A stretch of 63,696 bases of DNA from Candidatus Woesearchaeota archaeon (GCA_018303655.1 JAGVXT010000011.1:1-63696); one strand, 5' to 3'. Numbered from the stretch's first letter, positions 37,602 to 49,160 are shown. A program made the numbers and translations. Notes: generated from the letters alone by a model not told the origin.

Positions 37602-38015
37602 TCACTCCACTTTTATCTCCTTGATATCAAAATGTCTTCTTACAATGCCGCTTAAGTGGTTTATATTCTTCCTTTCCCTTCCTATGAGCATTGCCCTTGC
37701 ATGGGTGTCTTTTGCATGTATTATTATGCCTTCATTTTCCTGCCTTACATCAAGGATTTCCGCAGGGTAAACAATATTCTTCACAAACTGCAGGACATCA
37801 CTGCTGAACTCAACAAGCTTTACCTTCTTTCTCAGCTTGTTTTCCATTCTCTTTATGTTGGCGCCGTTTTTACCGATGGCTTTGCCCATGTCATTTTCCC
37901 CGATTATGAATATAATCTTTTCATTGGTAATGCAGTCCTTTACTTTTGCGCCCGTCATGGACTCAAAAAGCGTTATCAGCTTCATTGAATCAGAATCATA
38001 CTTGAGCTTGCTCAC
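37602..38015 (-). CDS. nusA: Archaeal NusA
   Basis: LFESMTGAKVKDC, GKAIGKNG KH motifs; position in the rpo operon. Confidence 0.95.
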   Translation of the reverse strand: MSKLKYDSDSMKLITLFESMTGAKVKDCITNEKIIFIIGENDMGKAIGKNGANIKRMENKLRKKVKLVEFSSDVLQFVKNIVYPAEILDVRQENEGIIIHAKDTHARAMLIGRERKNINHLSGIVRRHFDIKEIKVE

Positions 38016-38025
38016 TTACTTGCAC

Positions 38026-38177
38026 CTGTCAAAAACCACCAATCAAAGATTGATGGAGTGTTAATTAAACTAAAAAATCCAGTGGTTTTGGACACCTCAA
38101 AATTCCACAAATCATTAGGGTTTTTGAACACACAAAATTCCACTTTACATTCACCTTACATTTGTGGAATTTTGTTG
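38026..38177. repeat. Compound palindromic element overlapping the rpl30e 3' end
   Basis: CCACCAATCAAAGATTGATGG (AATCAAAGATT shared with 8651-8661); duplicated CAAAATTCCAC inverted to GTGGAATTTTG. Confidence 0.65.
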
Positions 38178-38447
38178 CTTAAGCAGCGCCAAAACAGAGA
38201 TAGAAAAAGGCTTCTTGCATATGACGCTTAATTCATCGTTAGGGTAGTCGAGCTTATGGAACTCCGCGCCGCTCAATCCAGCGTAATAGTTGATGTCCTT
38301 TTCAACGCCAGCAGGACAGTTTGAGCTTACCAATACCTTCTGCACTCTGCCTAGCTTCAGGTTTTTTATGGTTCTTTCAGTTCCGACCAGCACATTGCCT
38401 GCCTTGAGCATTTTCTTGATTTCAGCTGCATTGATTTTTTTTGCCAT
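38151..38447 (-). CDS. rpl30e: 50S ribosomal protein L30e
   Basis: VGTERTIKNLK, SSNCP, ELSVICKKPFSISVL; operon position. Confidence 0.93.
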   Translation of the reverse strand: MAKKINAAEIKKMLKAGNVLVGTERTIKNLKLGRVQKVLVSSNCPAGVEKDINYYAGLSGAEFHKLDYPNDELSVICKKPFSISVLALLKQQNSTNVR

Positions 38448-38523
38448 TTTTATTTTGAGTTTTTATTTTTTGATTATTTTTTATTAAAGTTTAGTTAATG
38501 CGTTTTTCGTTATTGAGTTATCT

Positions 38524-41214
38524 TTAAGTCGTGCTTATGATCCTCTTAACATTAATAACCCCGTTTTCTGACTTTGAAACGTCAATCCCGTCTTCCCCGT
38601 ATTCAAACTGGATTATTTTCCTGGAAGCATCCCGTACAGTATTGTCATACTCCACCTTTAAGTCCTGCATTGCGTTTGCAAGCCTTCTGTACAAATAGCC
38701 GCTTTTTGGCGTTCTTAATGCAGTGTCCATCAGTGAATCACGGCCTGTCATTGAGCCAAAGAAAAATTCTGCCGGAGTCAATCCATTTTTGAATCCGTTG
38801 CTGATGAATCCATGCGCTTCAGGGCTTAAGTCGCCTTTTTTGAAATTTGACAATGTCCTCTTGTCAAATCCCTTCTCTATCCTTTTGCCTCTCATAGCCT
38901 GCTGGCCTACGCAGGCAGCCATTTGCGCCAGGTTCAGCAGATTTCCCCTTGCACCAGAATCTGCCATTATCATTGTGTGGGTTCTTTTGTCGGCATAATT
39001 TGCAACTGTCCTTCCAGTCTCGTTCCTTGCTTTGTTCAAAACTTCGAGTATTCTAAGCTCCAATGTTTCCTGTAATGTCTTTCCGGGGAATGCCTCCAGC
39101 TTGCCTTCCTTAAAATTCGCAATTAAATTATCCACGTCTTTTTTCGCTGTGTCGAGGTCTTCCCTTATCTTCATTTTTGCAGGCTCAGGAAGATCCGTGT
39201 CTGACAATGCTGATGTAAATCCCGTCCTTAATAAATACTCTATGCCAAGCCTGAAAATCTTTCCAAGCAGGTCAATGCTATAGTCTTTTCCATATTTTTG
39301 GTGGATATTCCTCAGCATCAGTCCGGATTCTTCTCCAAGCGAGTTCCTGTCCATGACTCCTGCAATAAGCTTGCCTTCCCCTATTACTACATGGCTGTCC
39401 TTGTCGCATTTGTCCTTTGACCTGTCGCATAATCTTGAATGCCCGCTGTAATTAAAATTATCAGGCAATAAAACGCTGAAGACTTCCTTGCCCGTCACAA
39501 CAGACTTTCTTGACAGCTTTGAAAAATCAGTTACTCCAACTGCTGACAGCAAGTCAATGGCATCTTCTCTTTTCACAGAGTTCTCTTTTGTCAAAAGATA
39601 GTTGCCGGATATTGCATCCTGGGTGCATCCAATCAAGCTTAACCCATATCTCAATGATACAAGCTGCGTCTGCACCTCCATTAGGATTTCAGCCTCTGCC
39701 CTTGCCTCTTCTGTCTGCGGGATATGTAAATTCATTTCATCACCGTCAAAATCAGCATTATAGGGAGTGCACACAGCAGGGTTTAATCTCAAAGTCTTTC
39801 CAGGCAATATTTTAATTCGATGGCACATCATGCTCATCCTGTGCAAACTTGGCTGCCTGTTGAATATTGCAATGTCTCCATCCATAAGATGCCTTTCGAC
39901 AATATAGCCCGGCTGCAACTCCTCCAAAGATGCTTCTTTTGTCTCTTCTGTGATTTTTTTCTTCTTGCCATCAGGCCTTATTATATAATTGGCTCCGGGG
40001 TACTTGTCAGGTCCTTTTTCAACAAACGTTTTCAGATATTGTATGTTCCATTCGTTTGCCCTTTCAGGGACTGTAAGCTTTGTTGCAATGATAAATGGAA
40101 CTCCTACCTCAAAAAGCTCAAGCATAGGGTCGGGGCTTATGACTGTCCTGGAACAAAAGTTTGTCCTTTTGCCTGCAAGATTATGGCGAATCCTGCCTTC
40201 CTTGCTCTTTATCCTTTCAGTCAGTGTCTTTAGCGGCTGGCCGCTTCTGTGCCTTGCTGGCGGAAGCTGCGCAATATTATTGTCAAAAAATGTTGTTACA
40301 TGGTACTGCAGCAAATCCCACAAGTCCTCAACAATTATTTCAGGGGCGCCTGCATTTATGTTTTCAAACAGCCTTTGGTTTATCCTCACAATATCTCCCA
40401 TCTTGTGCGTTAAGTCATCCTCGCTTCTTTCCCCGCTTTCCAGAGTTATGCTTGGCCTCATTGTTACAGGAGGAATTGCAAGAACTGTCAATATCATCCA
40501 TTCAGGCCTTACATGAGGAACCTTCAATCCGAATATTTCGCAGTCGCTGTCCGGAATTTTTTCAAGTCTTGCCCTTATTTCTATCGGGCTTATCCTTTTC
40601 TCGTCCTCTAAAAAGGTTGTTGGCTTTTCCATGCTTATTTTTTTCTGCTTTGACTTGCAATGGGGGCATTTGTTCACAGTCTTCAATGCAGCTATTATTT
40701 CCTTGACTTTCTGCCTTCGCTCCTCTATGCCGCTTTCTTTTTCAACCTGGTCAAGAAGCTCCTTGGTCTTGCTTATCTTGTTGTCCGGAATCAAAACCCT
40801 GCCGCATTCCCTGCAAGTGCATTTCAGGATTGTCATAACTATATTGACAAACTTGACATGAATAATCGACCTTGCAAGCTCAATGTAGCCAAAGTGCCCT
40901 ATGCATTCCTTCAGCTTTGAGCCGCAGGTCTTGCACCTTAATCCCGGGTCTATGACTCCCAATCTTATGTCCATCAGGCCTCCATCAACAGGATAGCCCT
41001 CCTTGTCATAAAGCTCCGGCGTCACGATTTTCGCAGAAGCCATCTTTTTAATCATCTTAGGGCTTAAAACAGAAAAAGTGATGCTCTTGACTTGCTTGTA
41101 TATGTACTGCTCTTCCTGCTCTATCCTTTCTGTTTTTTCTTTCTTGCCTTCTATGGCCTGTTTGACAACTTCAAGCTCCTGCTCTGCTTTTTGTTCTGTT
41201 TCTTCTTCTGCCAT
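38524..41214 (-). CDS. rpoA1: RNA polymerase subunit A' (Rpo1N)
   Basis: CIGHFG, NRQPSLHRMS, YNADFDGDEMN catalytic motif. Confidence 0.99.
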   Translation of the reverse strand: MAEEETEQKAEQELEVVKQAIEGKKEKTERIEQEEQYIYKQVKSITFSVLSPKMIKKMASAKIVTPELYDKEGYPVDGGLMDIRLGVIDPGLRCKTCGSKLKECIGHFGYIELARSIIHVKFVNIVMTILKCTCRECGRVLIPDNKISKTKELLDQVEKESGIEERRQKVKEIIAALKTVNKCPHCKSKQKKISMEKPTTFLEDEKRISPIEIRARLEKIPDSDCEIFGLKVPHVRPEWMILTVLAIPPVTMRPSITLESGERSEDDLTHKMGDIVRINQRLFENINAGAPEIIVEDLWDLLQYHVTTFFDNNIAQLPPARHRSGQPLKTLTERIKSKEGRIRHNLAGKRTNFCSRTVISPDPMLELFEVGVPFIIATKLTVPERANEWNIQYLKTFVEKGPDKYPGANYIIRPDGKKKKITEETKEASLEELQPGYIVERHLMDGDIAIFNRQPSLHRMSMMCHRIKILPGKTLRLNPAVCTPYNADFDGDEMNLHIPQTEEARAEAEILMEVQTQLVSLRYGLSLIGCTQDAISGNYLLTKENSVKREDAIDLLSAVGVTDFSKLSRKSVVTGKEVFSVLLPDNFNYSGHSRLCDRSKDKCDKDSHVVIGEGKLIAGVMDRNSLGEESGLMLRNIHQKYGKDYSIDLLGKIFRLGIEYLLRTGFTSALSDTDLPEPAKMKIREDLDTAKKDVDNLIANFKEGKLEAFPGKTLQETLELRILEVLNKARNETGRTVANYADKRTHTMIMADSGARGNLLNLAQMAACVGQQAMRGKRIEKGFDKRTLSNFKKGDLSPEAHGFISNGFKNGLTPAEFFFGSMTGRDSLMDTALRTPKSGYLYRRLANAMQDLKVEYDNTVRDASRKIIQFEYGEDGIDVSKSENGVINVKRIISTT

Positions 41215-41409
41215 TTTTTGTTTAATTTTTTGATTCTTTTTTATTGGATTTTAGTAATGTTCAATCGTTAATGATTTTTGAGTTATTGAATTTTTTATTT
41301 TTCAATATTGGGTTTTGTTAAGTTTTGATTAATGTGAATTTGATGTTTTTTGTTGATTTTGTTTTTTCTTTCCCAGCGCATTATAAAAAAAATATTTTTT
41401 AAAAAACAT

Positions 41410-42588
<1,179 letters not shown>

Positions 42589-42640
42589 TTATTTTTTATT
42601 TTGTAAGTTTTATTGATTTTTTTATTATTGAATTGTAAAA

Positions 42641-42934
42641 TTAAAACTCGTCTTGTGGTAATTGAGCTTCGACTTCAGCAAATAATGTTCTGGATTCAAG
42701 TTCTGATAGCTCTTGAGGTTGGACTACTTCAACCATTCCATTAGGAAAATACTTGAATGTATCATCAACCTTAACTTGAGCAGGAAAATGTGCTTTGCCT
42801 ACATCAAACATATGTTCTTCTAATTTATCCGATGGACCAACAAAAACTGAAACTCTTAATTGATTGGATTGGATGCTTCTAACTTTTCCTAAATAATATT
42901 GTCCATTTTCCGGTTGTTTAAATGTTTTCGACAT
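42641..42934 (-). CDS. Hypothetical 97-aa protein inserted in the rpo operon
   Basis: ATG-start ORF co-oriented between rpoB' and rpoA''. Confidence 0.6.
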   Translation of the reverse strand: MSKTFKQPENGQYYLGKVRSIQSNQLRVSVFVGPSDKLEEHMFDVGKAHFPAQVKVDDTFKYFPNGMVEVVQPQELSELESRTLFAEVEAQLPQDEF

Positions 42935-42970
42935 TTTTTTAAAATTTTATTTATTTTGTAAGTTTAAGAT

Positions 42971-44753
42971 CTAATATTTGCTCTCCAGCTGCAGTTTCGG
43001 GTAAATTCCCAATGATTTGAACTCATCAAGCATTAATTTGAAAGCGTAGCTTATTTCTATATCATTAATCTCGACAGTATGACTTATTTTTGTAGTTGTC
43101 CTTTATTGCAATGATTCCGCAGCTTTCGCATACAGGCACAATTGTCCTGTCGCTGTCAAACCTTTCCTTGAGCAATAATGATGCGCCATGCGCAACAAAA
43201 GTGTCCTTTTCCATTTCTCCAAGCCTTAAACCGCCTTCTTTTGCACGTCCTTCTGTTGGCTGCCTTGTCAAAAGCTGTATTGGGCCGCGGGCTCTTGAAT
43301 GAATTTTGTTTGCAACCATATGCTTTAATTTCAGATAATACATGTTGCCGATGAATATCTTTGCATGGTACTGCTCGCCTGTCTGTCCGTTGTACATTGT
43401 CTCAACGCCGCTTTCCCTGAAGCCTAATGAAAGCAATTCCTTTCTTAATCTTTCTTCAGGCTCTGCGTCAAATGCTGTGCCGTTTATGTAGCGCCCTGCA
43501 AGAGCCCCTGTTTTGCCGGCAATCATCTCTATTAAATGTGATATCGTCATCCTTGACGGAATCCCATGCGGGGAAAATATCAAATCAGGAACTATTCCAG
43601 ATGCTGAAAATGGCAGGTCTCCTTGAGGCACAATCAATCCTACAACTCCCTTTTGGCCGTGCCTGCTTGTGAATTTGTCCCCAACTTCAGGCACTCTTTC
43701 GTCCCTTAATCTTACCTGTATCAGCTTGTTTCCTTCCTCATTTTCAGTCAGCATGACAAAATCAACAATACCCTCTTCGCCATGCTTTAAGTTTACAGAG
43801 CTTTCCCTCCTTGTGCTTGACGCAAGGCTGTATTCTTCCATTGAGCTTAAAAATCTTGGAGGTGATGTTTTTCCAATCACAACATCGCCTTCTTTTATCT
43901 TTGCTTCTGCATAAATAATTCCGTCATCTTCCAAAAACCTATAGTCTTTTTCAGTCTTGTATCCTTTGACCTCCTTATCGGGAATGCATATCTGGTCAAT
44001 CAAGCCGCCGGCATACCTTAATTCCTCAGCAACGCTTGGCCTGTAATAAGTTGATCTTCCAAGTCCCCTTTCAATAGAACCCTTGTTTAGGATTATTGCA
44101 TCTTCCATGTTGTATCCCTTGTAGCTCATTATGGCAACAACTATGTTCTGCCCTGCAGGATGCTTGTCATAATCAGAAATATCATTTATTATGGTACTGA
44201 CAACAGGCTTTTGAGGATAATGGAGCAGGTTTACATCCATGTCCATTCTGACAGCAAAGTTGGAGGCATAAAATCCTAAAGCCTGCTTCTGGTTTTTTGA
44301 GCCTGCATTAAGCCTTGTTGACTGGTTGAAGTTGCCGTATGGGACAAGCGATGTGCAGTAGCCAAGCATTGCCAAAGGCGTTATTTCAAGATGAGTGTGC
44401 TCAGGCGTCAATTCGCTTTCAAAAAAAGCAACCAAGGTATTTTCCTCTTCGGCAGCGTCCAAATATTCAATTACCCCCTGACTTACCAGATCAGACCATG
44501 AGATTTCATTTTTTTCAAGCTGCTTTATATGCCGCTCTGTCAATAAGGGAATGCCGTCTTTGACTATTATCAAAGGCCTTCTTGCCCTTCCCTTTGAGCT
44601 TTCAAGCTGGATCTCGTCTGTTTTTTCATTGTAGTAGACATTGAGGTTTTCCGTGATTGCGCCTTTTCTTCTTTCTTCCCTTATCTTCTGCACAAATTCT
44701 ATAGGGTTGTCAATATTTCCTACAAATTTGCTGTTAAGGTACGCTTCTGTCAT
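42971..44753 (-). CDS. rpoB1: RNA polymerase subunit B' (Rpo2C), frame break near 43075
   Basis: GDKFTSRHGQKG, GGLRLGEME; the conserved tail ISYAFKLMLDEFKSLGIYPKL continues in another frame at 42971-43075. Confidence 0.95.
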
Positions 44754-44899
44754 TTTTTGTTTGATTTAATTTTTTCAATATTGGGTTTTTGTAGTTTCAC
44801 TTCAAAATTTTTAATTTTGAAGTTCCTCAGAAACTTTGTTTCTGCGGATTTCCCAGCGCATTTAATTTTAATATTTTTTAAAAAATAATTGAAATTTTT

Positions 44900-46387
44900 T
44901 TATTTTATACCTTTCAAACCCATTCCTTTCAATGATTTTAAAATATCATCTTCGTTTGAGGCGCTGGATATTGTGCAGAGCAATGCAAGGTTTTTTCTCA
45001 GTCCTATGTTTGTACCTTCAGGGGTTTCAATCGGGCAAAGCCTTCCAAGATGTGTTGGATGAAGCTCCCTTGCTTCAAAATTTTCCTGCGAGGCGCTTAA
45101 CGGGCTTACGACCCTTTGCAAATGAGATAATGTCTCAAGATAGTTCAGGCGCTGGATTCTCTGGCTTATTCCCTTTCTGCCTCCAACCCAGACTCCTGTT
45201 GCCATTGCGGAATAAATTCTCTGGGTAAGCAGCTTGTCCCTTATGATGACTTTTATGCTTGGAAATTTTCCCCTTTTGACAATCCTCTGGAAGTTGTACA
45301 ATAAGTCCCCGATTAGGACTTTCAAGTTTAACCTCAGCAAATCGGCAAGCAAATCGCCGCTCATCTTAAGCCTTTTATTCATATAATGGTCCTTGTCGTC
45401 CATGCCGATCTCGTTGTTTGAGGCGAGAATGTATTTTTTCAGCATTTTGCACAGGTTATAGGCTTTTGATATCCTGTCTTCCGGCTTTATGCCAAGATGC
45501 GGCAGCAAATATTTGTCCAGGATTTCCTTCATTCTTTCTACCCTTACTTCCTTTGACTGGGTAATGCCGATTTTTTTTGCAATGTAATCAATGGCTTCTT
45601 CCTCATTTTTTATGGATACAAACTCCAGCAGGTTGATGATGATTTCGTCAAACTGCCTTTCCGGCGAAATGAATTTTGTCAACTCTTCATCTTTCAGCAG
45701 GCCAAGCGCCTTTATCAGAACTATAATCGGGATTCTTTTCACCCTTGTAAAAGTGATGTAGAATAATCCATCCTTCATCTTCTCAACTGTATGGGGAATT
45801 TTAAACGAGCCGTATTCTGAAAATAATTTTCCTACAACCTCGCTCGGGCCTGTTGCGTCCCTTTCCATCAGGAGCCTGTTTGAAGCCAAATCCTCTATTG
45901 TGATAAGGACCTTTTCAGTTCCGTTGATTATGAAGTAGCCTCCTGGCTCATCAGGATCCTCGCCTTTTGCTATCAATTCATCTCTTGACAGCTTGTGCAG
46001 GTGACACCATCTGCTTTTCAGCATTATCGGCAAATTGCCAATCTGGGTTTCAAAGCTTTCGCGCTGCACGCCATTAATATGTGCGCTGACTGTTATCCAT
46101 GTTGGCGCAGAATAAGTTATTTTCCTTAATCTTGCCTCCATTGGGTAAATATTTCTTGATGACCCGTCAGCCTCTATCATCTTTGGCTTTTCAACCCATA
46201 TCTTATCAAGCTTTATCTTGAACTCATCTATGTTGTGAGGGATAATTGTCGGGATGATTTCTTTGTTTTCCTCTATTATGTTCAGAAGCTCCTTGTCAAT
46301 GAAATTATTGAATGACTCTATATCGGAATCTACAAAGCTCTGCTCTTCAAAATATTTCTGTATTAAGGTTTTGCCGTATTTATACAT
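44900..46387 (-). CDS. rpoB2: RNA polymerase subunit B'' (Rpo2N)
   Basis: PGGYFIINGTEKV, CPIETPEGTNIGLRKNLA. Confidence 0.98.
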   Translation of the reverse strand: MYKYGKTLIQKYFEEQSFVDSDIESFNNFIDKELLNIIEENKEIIPTIIPHNIDEFKIKLDKIWVEKPKMIEADGSSRNIYPMEARLRKITYSAPTWITVSAHINGVQRESFETQIGNLPIMLKSRWCHLHKLSRDELIAKGEDPDEPGGYFIINGTEKVLITIEDLASNRLLMERDATGPSEVVGKLFSEYGSFKIPHTVEKMKDGLFYITFTRVKRIPIIVLIKALGLLKDEELTKFISPERQFDEIIINLLEFVSIKNEEEAIDYIAKKIGITQSKEVRVERMKEILDKYLLPHLGIKPEDRISKAYNLCKMLKKYILASNNEIGMDDKDHYMNKRLKMSGDLLADLLRLNLKVLIGDLLYNFQRIVKRGKFPSIKVIIRDKLLTQRIYSAMATGVWVGGRKGISQRIQRLNYLETLSHLQRVVSPLSASQENFEARELHPTHLGRLCPIETPEGTNIGLRKNLALLCTISSASNEDDILKSLKGMGLKGIK

Positions 46388-46625
46388 CTGACACCACCCT
46401 GTAAAAAATCGATTCGCCTGCAGTAGGGCTTTTTCTTGTTATTTTTATGACATCCCAAAGTTTAGCGTCCAATTCTTTTATAGCTGAGTCTGTCTTTAGT
46501 ATTTTTGGCAGCTCTTTAGAAGTTACCTGATACTTTTCAAGCAGCTGTGCTTTTTCCCTTTCGCCAAGCTTTGAATGTTTTGGAGTCAGTATGTGCTTAT
46601 CAACTTTGAATTTCTGCTTCTTCAT
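46380..46625 (-). CDS. rpoH: RNA polymerase subunit H (Rpo5)
   Basis: HILTPKH, LPKI, RKSPTAGESIFYRVV. Confidence 0.97.
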   Translation of the reverse strand: MKKQKFKVDKHILTPKHSKLGEREKAQLLEKYQVTSKELPKILKTDSAIKELDAKLWDVIKITRKSPTAGESIFYRVVSDV

Positions 46626-46670
46626 CTTGTGGTTAGTCGCTGTTCACCTTGTTTTCTGATTGATTTTGAG

Positions 46671-46819
46671 TGGGCCGGACGAGATTTCCAGGCATTGTCT
46701 GCTTCATTCGGACTCGCGACCACCTGATTAAAAGTTTCACCCCGACATTTATTTCTGTCCGGCAGGTGCTCTTTCCTGCTTGCTTTGCAAGAGCAGGTAC
46801 CAGGCTGAGCTACCGGCCC
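46671..46819 (-). tRNA. tRNA-Lys(UUU) with three BHB introns (20/21, 30/31, 59/60)
   Basis: Removing 46773-46798, 46736-46762 and 46685-46706 gives a 74-nt cloverleaf GGGCCGGTAGCTCAGCCTGGTAGAGCACCTGACTTTTAATCAGGTGGTCGCGAGTCCGAATCTCGTCCGGCCCA. Confidence 0.92.
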
Positions 46820-46826
46820 ATTGAGA

Positions 46827-46863
46827 TGAATGCGAGGGCTCTTCCCGAGCATTCTCGCGTTCA
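46827..46863. repeat. Palindromic repeat family A copy between the two tRNAs
   Basis: TGAATGCGAG ... CTCGCGTTCA hairpin built from family A motifs. Confidence 0.7.
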
Positions 46864-46872
46864 ATATAAAAG

Positions 46873-47006
46873 CGCCCTGGTCGGGACTTTCAAAAGCGAT
46901 GTGGTCGCATTATTTTTGAACCCGAATCGAAGCCGGTTTGTATGCGAGCTCGATAATATCCCGCATTCGACAGGGCTTCATGATAGCCGGATTACACCAC
47001 CAGGGC
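46873..47006 (-). tRNA. tRNA-Asp(GUC) with two BHB introns (37/38, 59/60)
   Basis: Removing 46936-46967 and 46887-46914 gives a 74-nt cloverleaf with GCCCTGG/CCAGGGC acceptor stem, AAGCC-CTGTCGC-GGCTT anticodon arm and TTCAAAT T-loop. Confidence 0.92.
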
Positions 47007-47393
47007 GTCACGCGGCTATAAACGGCATAGCAATCCCTCATTAGCAAAATTGTAAATGAAATTATAGTCTTTTGGCTAAAGAAGGATTATTTCTCATCAT
47101 AAACGGGATAAACTGGTTATTTATAAAGGTTGCGGAATTTGATATATAAAAACAACTCCAATAAACTAATCTAAACCTTTAAATATCAAAATCAAATTCT
47201 TTTTCCCATGAAAAGAAGCTCTCGTCGATGGAAAAAAAAGAGGCAAATGCGATGGAAATGGCAGCGCAAGCGAATGAAAAAAGAGAGAAGACTGAGGAAG
47301 CAGCACAGGTCTGGGTAAAAATTAATATTTTTCTTGATTTTATAATAGGAACAAACACAAAATTTATATTAATATAAGATTTCTCCATGCATA

Positions 47394-47765
47394 ATGGGAG
47401 CAGAACTTAAGAAAAGAGTTCAAGATGTTGATTCACATCTAAAAGTACAATTATTGCGTGGTGGTTATAGTTTTCCTCCTCCAATTCCTAATGAAAGTCT
47501 TTTTAGACCTATAGTAGACAGGAAAGGAGATAATGTTTGATTTTTGGATTACGCTCTCTTTCCAGGTGATAGTCAAGCTTTATCAAATTGGATATTAAAC
47601 AATGTACTTGTATCAAATTCAAGCGGGAATTTAACAAATATAGTAGAGGAATCTTTTCAGCATTTTAGCTTGACTCCAACACCAATTACCTGTTCGGACC
47701 GGACACGAGAAACATTCGGAGTGCAAGTTTATTATGAGGTGCTGGGTACTGTAGAAAAATCTTGA
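47394..47765 (+). pseudogene. Hypothetical ORF with one in-frame TGA
   Basis: ATG 47394, TGA 47538-47540, same frame continues to 47765. Confidence 0.5.
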
Positions 47766-47851
47766 TATTAAAAGTTGGATATATTAGATTTCATAAAATT
47801 AATCAATAATCCCGAAAACTATATAAACAATTTACCTTGCCTTTCTTGTAG

Positions 47852-49159
47852 GTGGTTAACATCTCAATGATGGACGATATTTCAAAGACTGATGCAGAGA
47901 TTTTTGATGCGATAAAAAAGGAAGGCATTAGGATAAGGAATGGCGTTGAGCTTATTCCTAGCGAAAATTTTGTTTCTAAAGCAGTTCTGCAGGCATACGC
48001 CACTTTCTTCACAAACAAGTATTCTGAGGGTTATCCCGGCAAGAGATACTATGGGGGAAATCAATATGTTGATGTTGTTGAAAACCTTGCAATTGAAAGG
48101 GCAAAGAAATTGTTTGGAGCAGAGCATGTAAATGTCCAGCCATATTCCGGAAGTCCAGCTAACCAGGCTGTTTTCTTTGCATTGTTAAATGTAAATGATA
48201 CTTTCATGGGCTTTGATTTAAACGCAGGAGGGCATTTGACTCATGGCTCACCAGTTAACTTTTCCGGCAAATTGTACAAATGCGTCCCTTATAATGTTGA
48301 CAAAAAAACAGAATTGCTTGACTATGATGTGATTATGAAGCAGGCAAAGGAAGCAAAGCCAAAAATGATTCTTTCGGGACTGACAGCATACCCAAGAAAG
48401 ATTGACTTCAAGGCATTCAGGGAAATCTGCGATGAGATTGGAGCTTACCATTTTGCAGACATTGCCCATATTGCAGGATTGTGCGCAACTGGATTGCATC
48501 AAAATCCTGTGCCTTATTGCGATGTTGTGACAACAACAACCCACAAGACTTTGAGAGGGCCAAGAGGAGCAATGATAATGTGCAAAATTGAGGACAGGCT
48601 TGACAAAGAAGGCAAAAAAACACTTGCGCAGAAAATTGACAGTGCTGTTTTTCCGGGATTGCAGGGTGGCCCACATGACCATGTGAATGCAGCAAAAGCA
48701 GTTGCCTTCAAGGAAGCTTTGCAGCCGGATTACAAAGAGTACTGCAAGCAGATTGTAAAGAATGCGAAAGCACTTGCAAGCTCATTGATGAACAATGGAT
48801 TGGAATTAGTAACAAATGGGACAGACAATCATCTGATGGTCATAAAATTAGTCAACAAGGGGTTGACAGGAAAAGGAAAGGAAGTGCAGAATGCGCTTGG
48901 TGAAGCAGAGATTTACGTCAATAAAAATACAATTCCTTATGAGCCTGGCTCGCCGTTCAACCCAAGCGGAATAAGGTTGGGCACTCCTGCAATAACAACA
49001 AGGGGAATGAAGGAAAGCGAGATGAAAGTCATCGGAGAGTGCATTGCAAAGGTTATTGATAATTATGAGGATAAGTCAGTCATTGAAAAAGCCAAAAAAG
49101 ATATTTTGGAATTGTGCAAAGAGTTTCCTCTTTATCCTGGAATGGAAATTTTGAGATAA
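47852..49159 (+). CDS. glyA: Serine hydroxymethyltransferase (bacterial type)
   Basis: [41 protein letters not shown]. Confidence 0.98.
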   Translation: MVNISMMDDISKTDAEIFDAIKKEGIRIRNGVELIPSENFVSKAVLQAYATFFTNKYSEGYPGKRYYGGNQYVDVVENLAIERAKKLFGAEHVNVQPYSGSPANQAVFFALLNVNDTFMGFDLNAGGHLTHGSPVNFSGKLYKCVPYNVDKKTELLDYDVIMKQAKEAKPKMILSGLTAYPRKIDFKAFREICDEIGAYHFADIAHIAGLCATGLHQNPVPYCDVVTTTTHKTLRGPRGAMIMCKIEDRLDKEGKKTLAQKIDSAVFPGLQGGPHDHVNAAKAVAFKEALQPDYKEYCKQIVKNAKALASSLMNNGLELVTNGTDNHLMVIKLVNKGLTGKGKEVQNALGEAEIYVNKNTIPYEPGSPFNPSGIRLGTPAITTRGMKESEMKVIGECIAKVIDNYEDKSVIEKAKKDILELCKEFPLYPGMEILR

Positions 49160-49160
49160 A

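Noticed and set aside
43065-46387. Split rpoB and split rpoA as a novelty
   Set aside because: Both splits are common in archaea; only the A''/A' order is retained as a finding
46622-47044. ORFs 46622-46864 and 46670-47044
   Set aside because: They overlap the two intron-containing tRNA genes and are incidental frames in GC-rich RNA genes
47538-47540. Genome-wide TGA recoding or selenocysteine
   Set aside because: TGA terminates well-defined genes here (permease, tnpA, nusA) and no other conserved gene has an internal TGA
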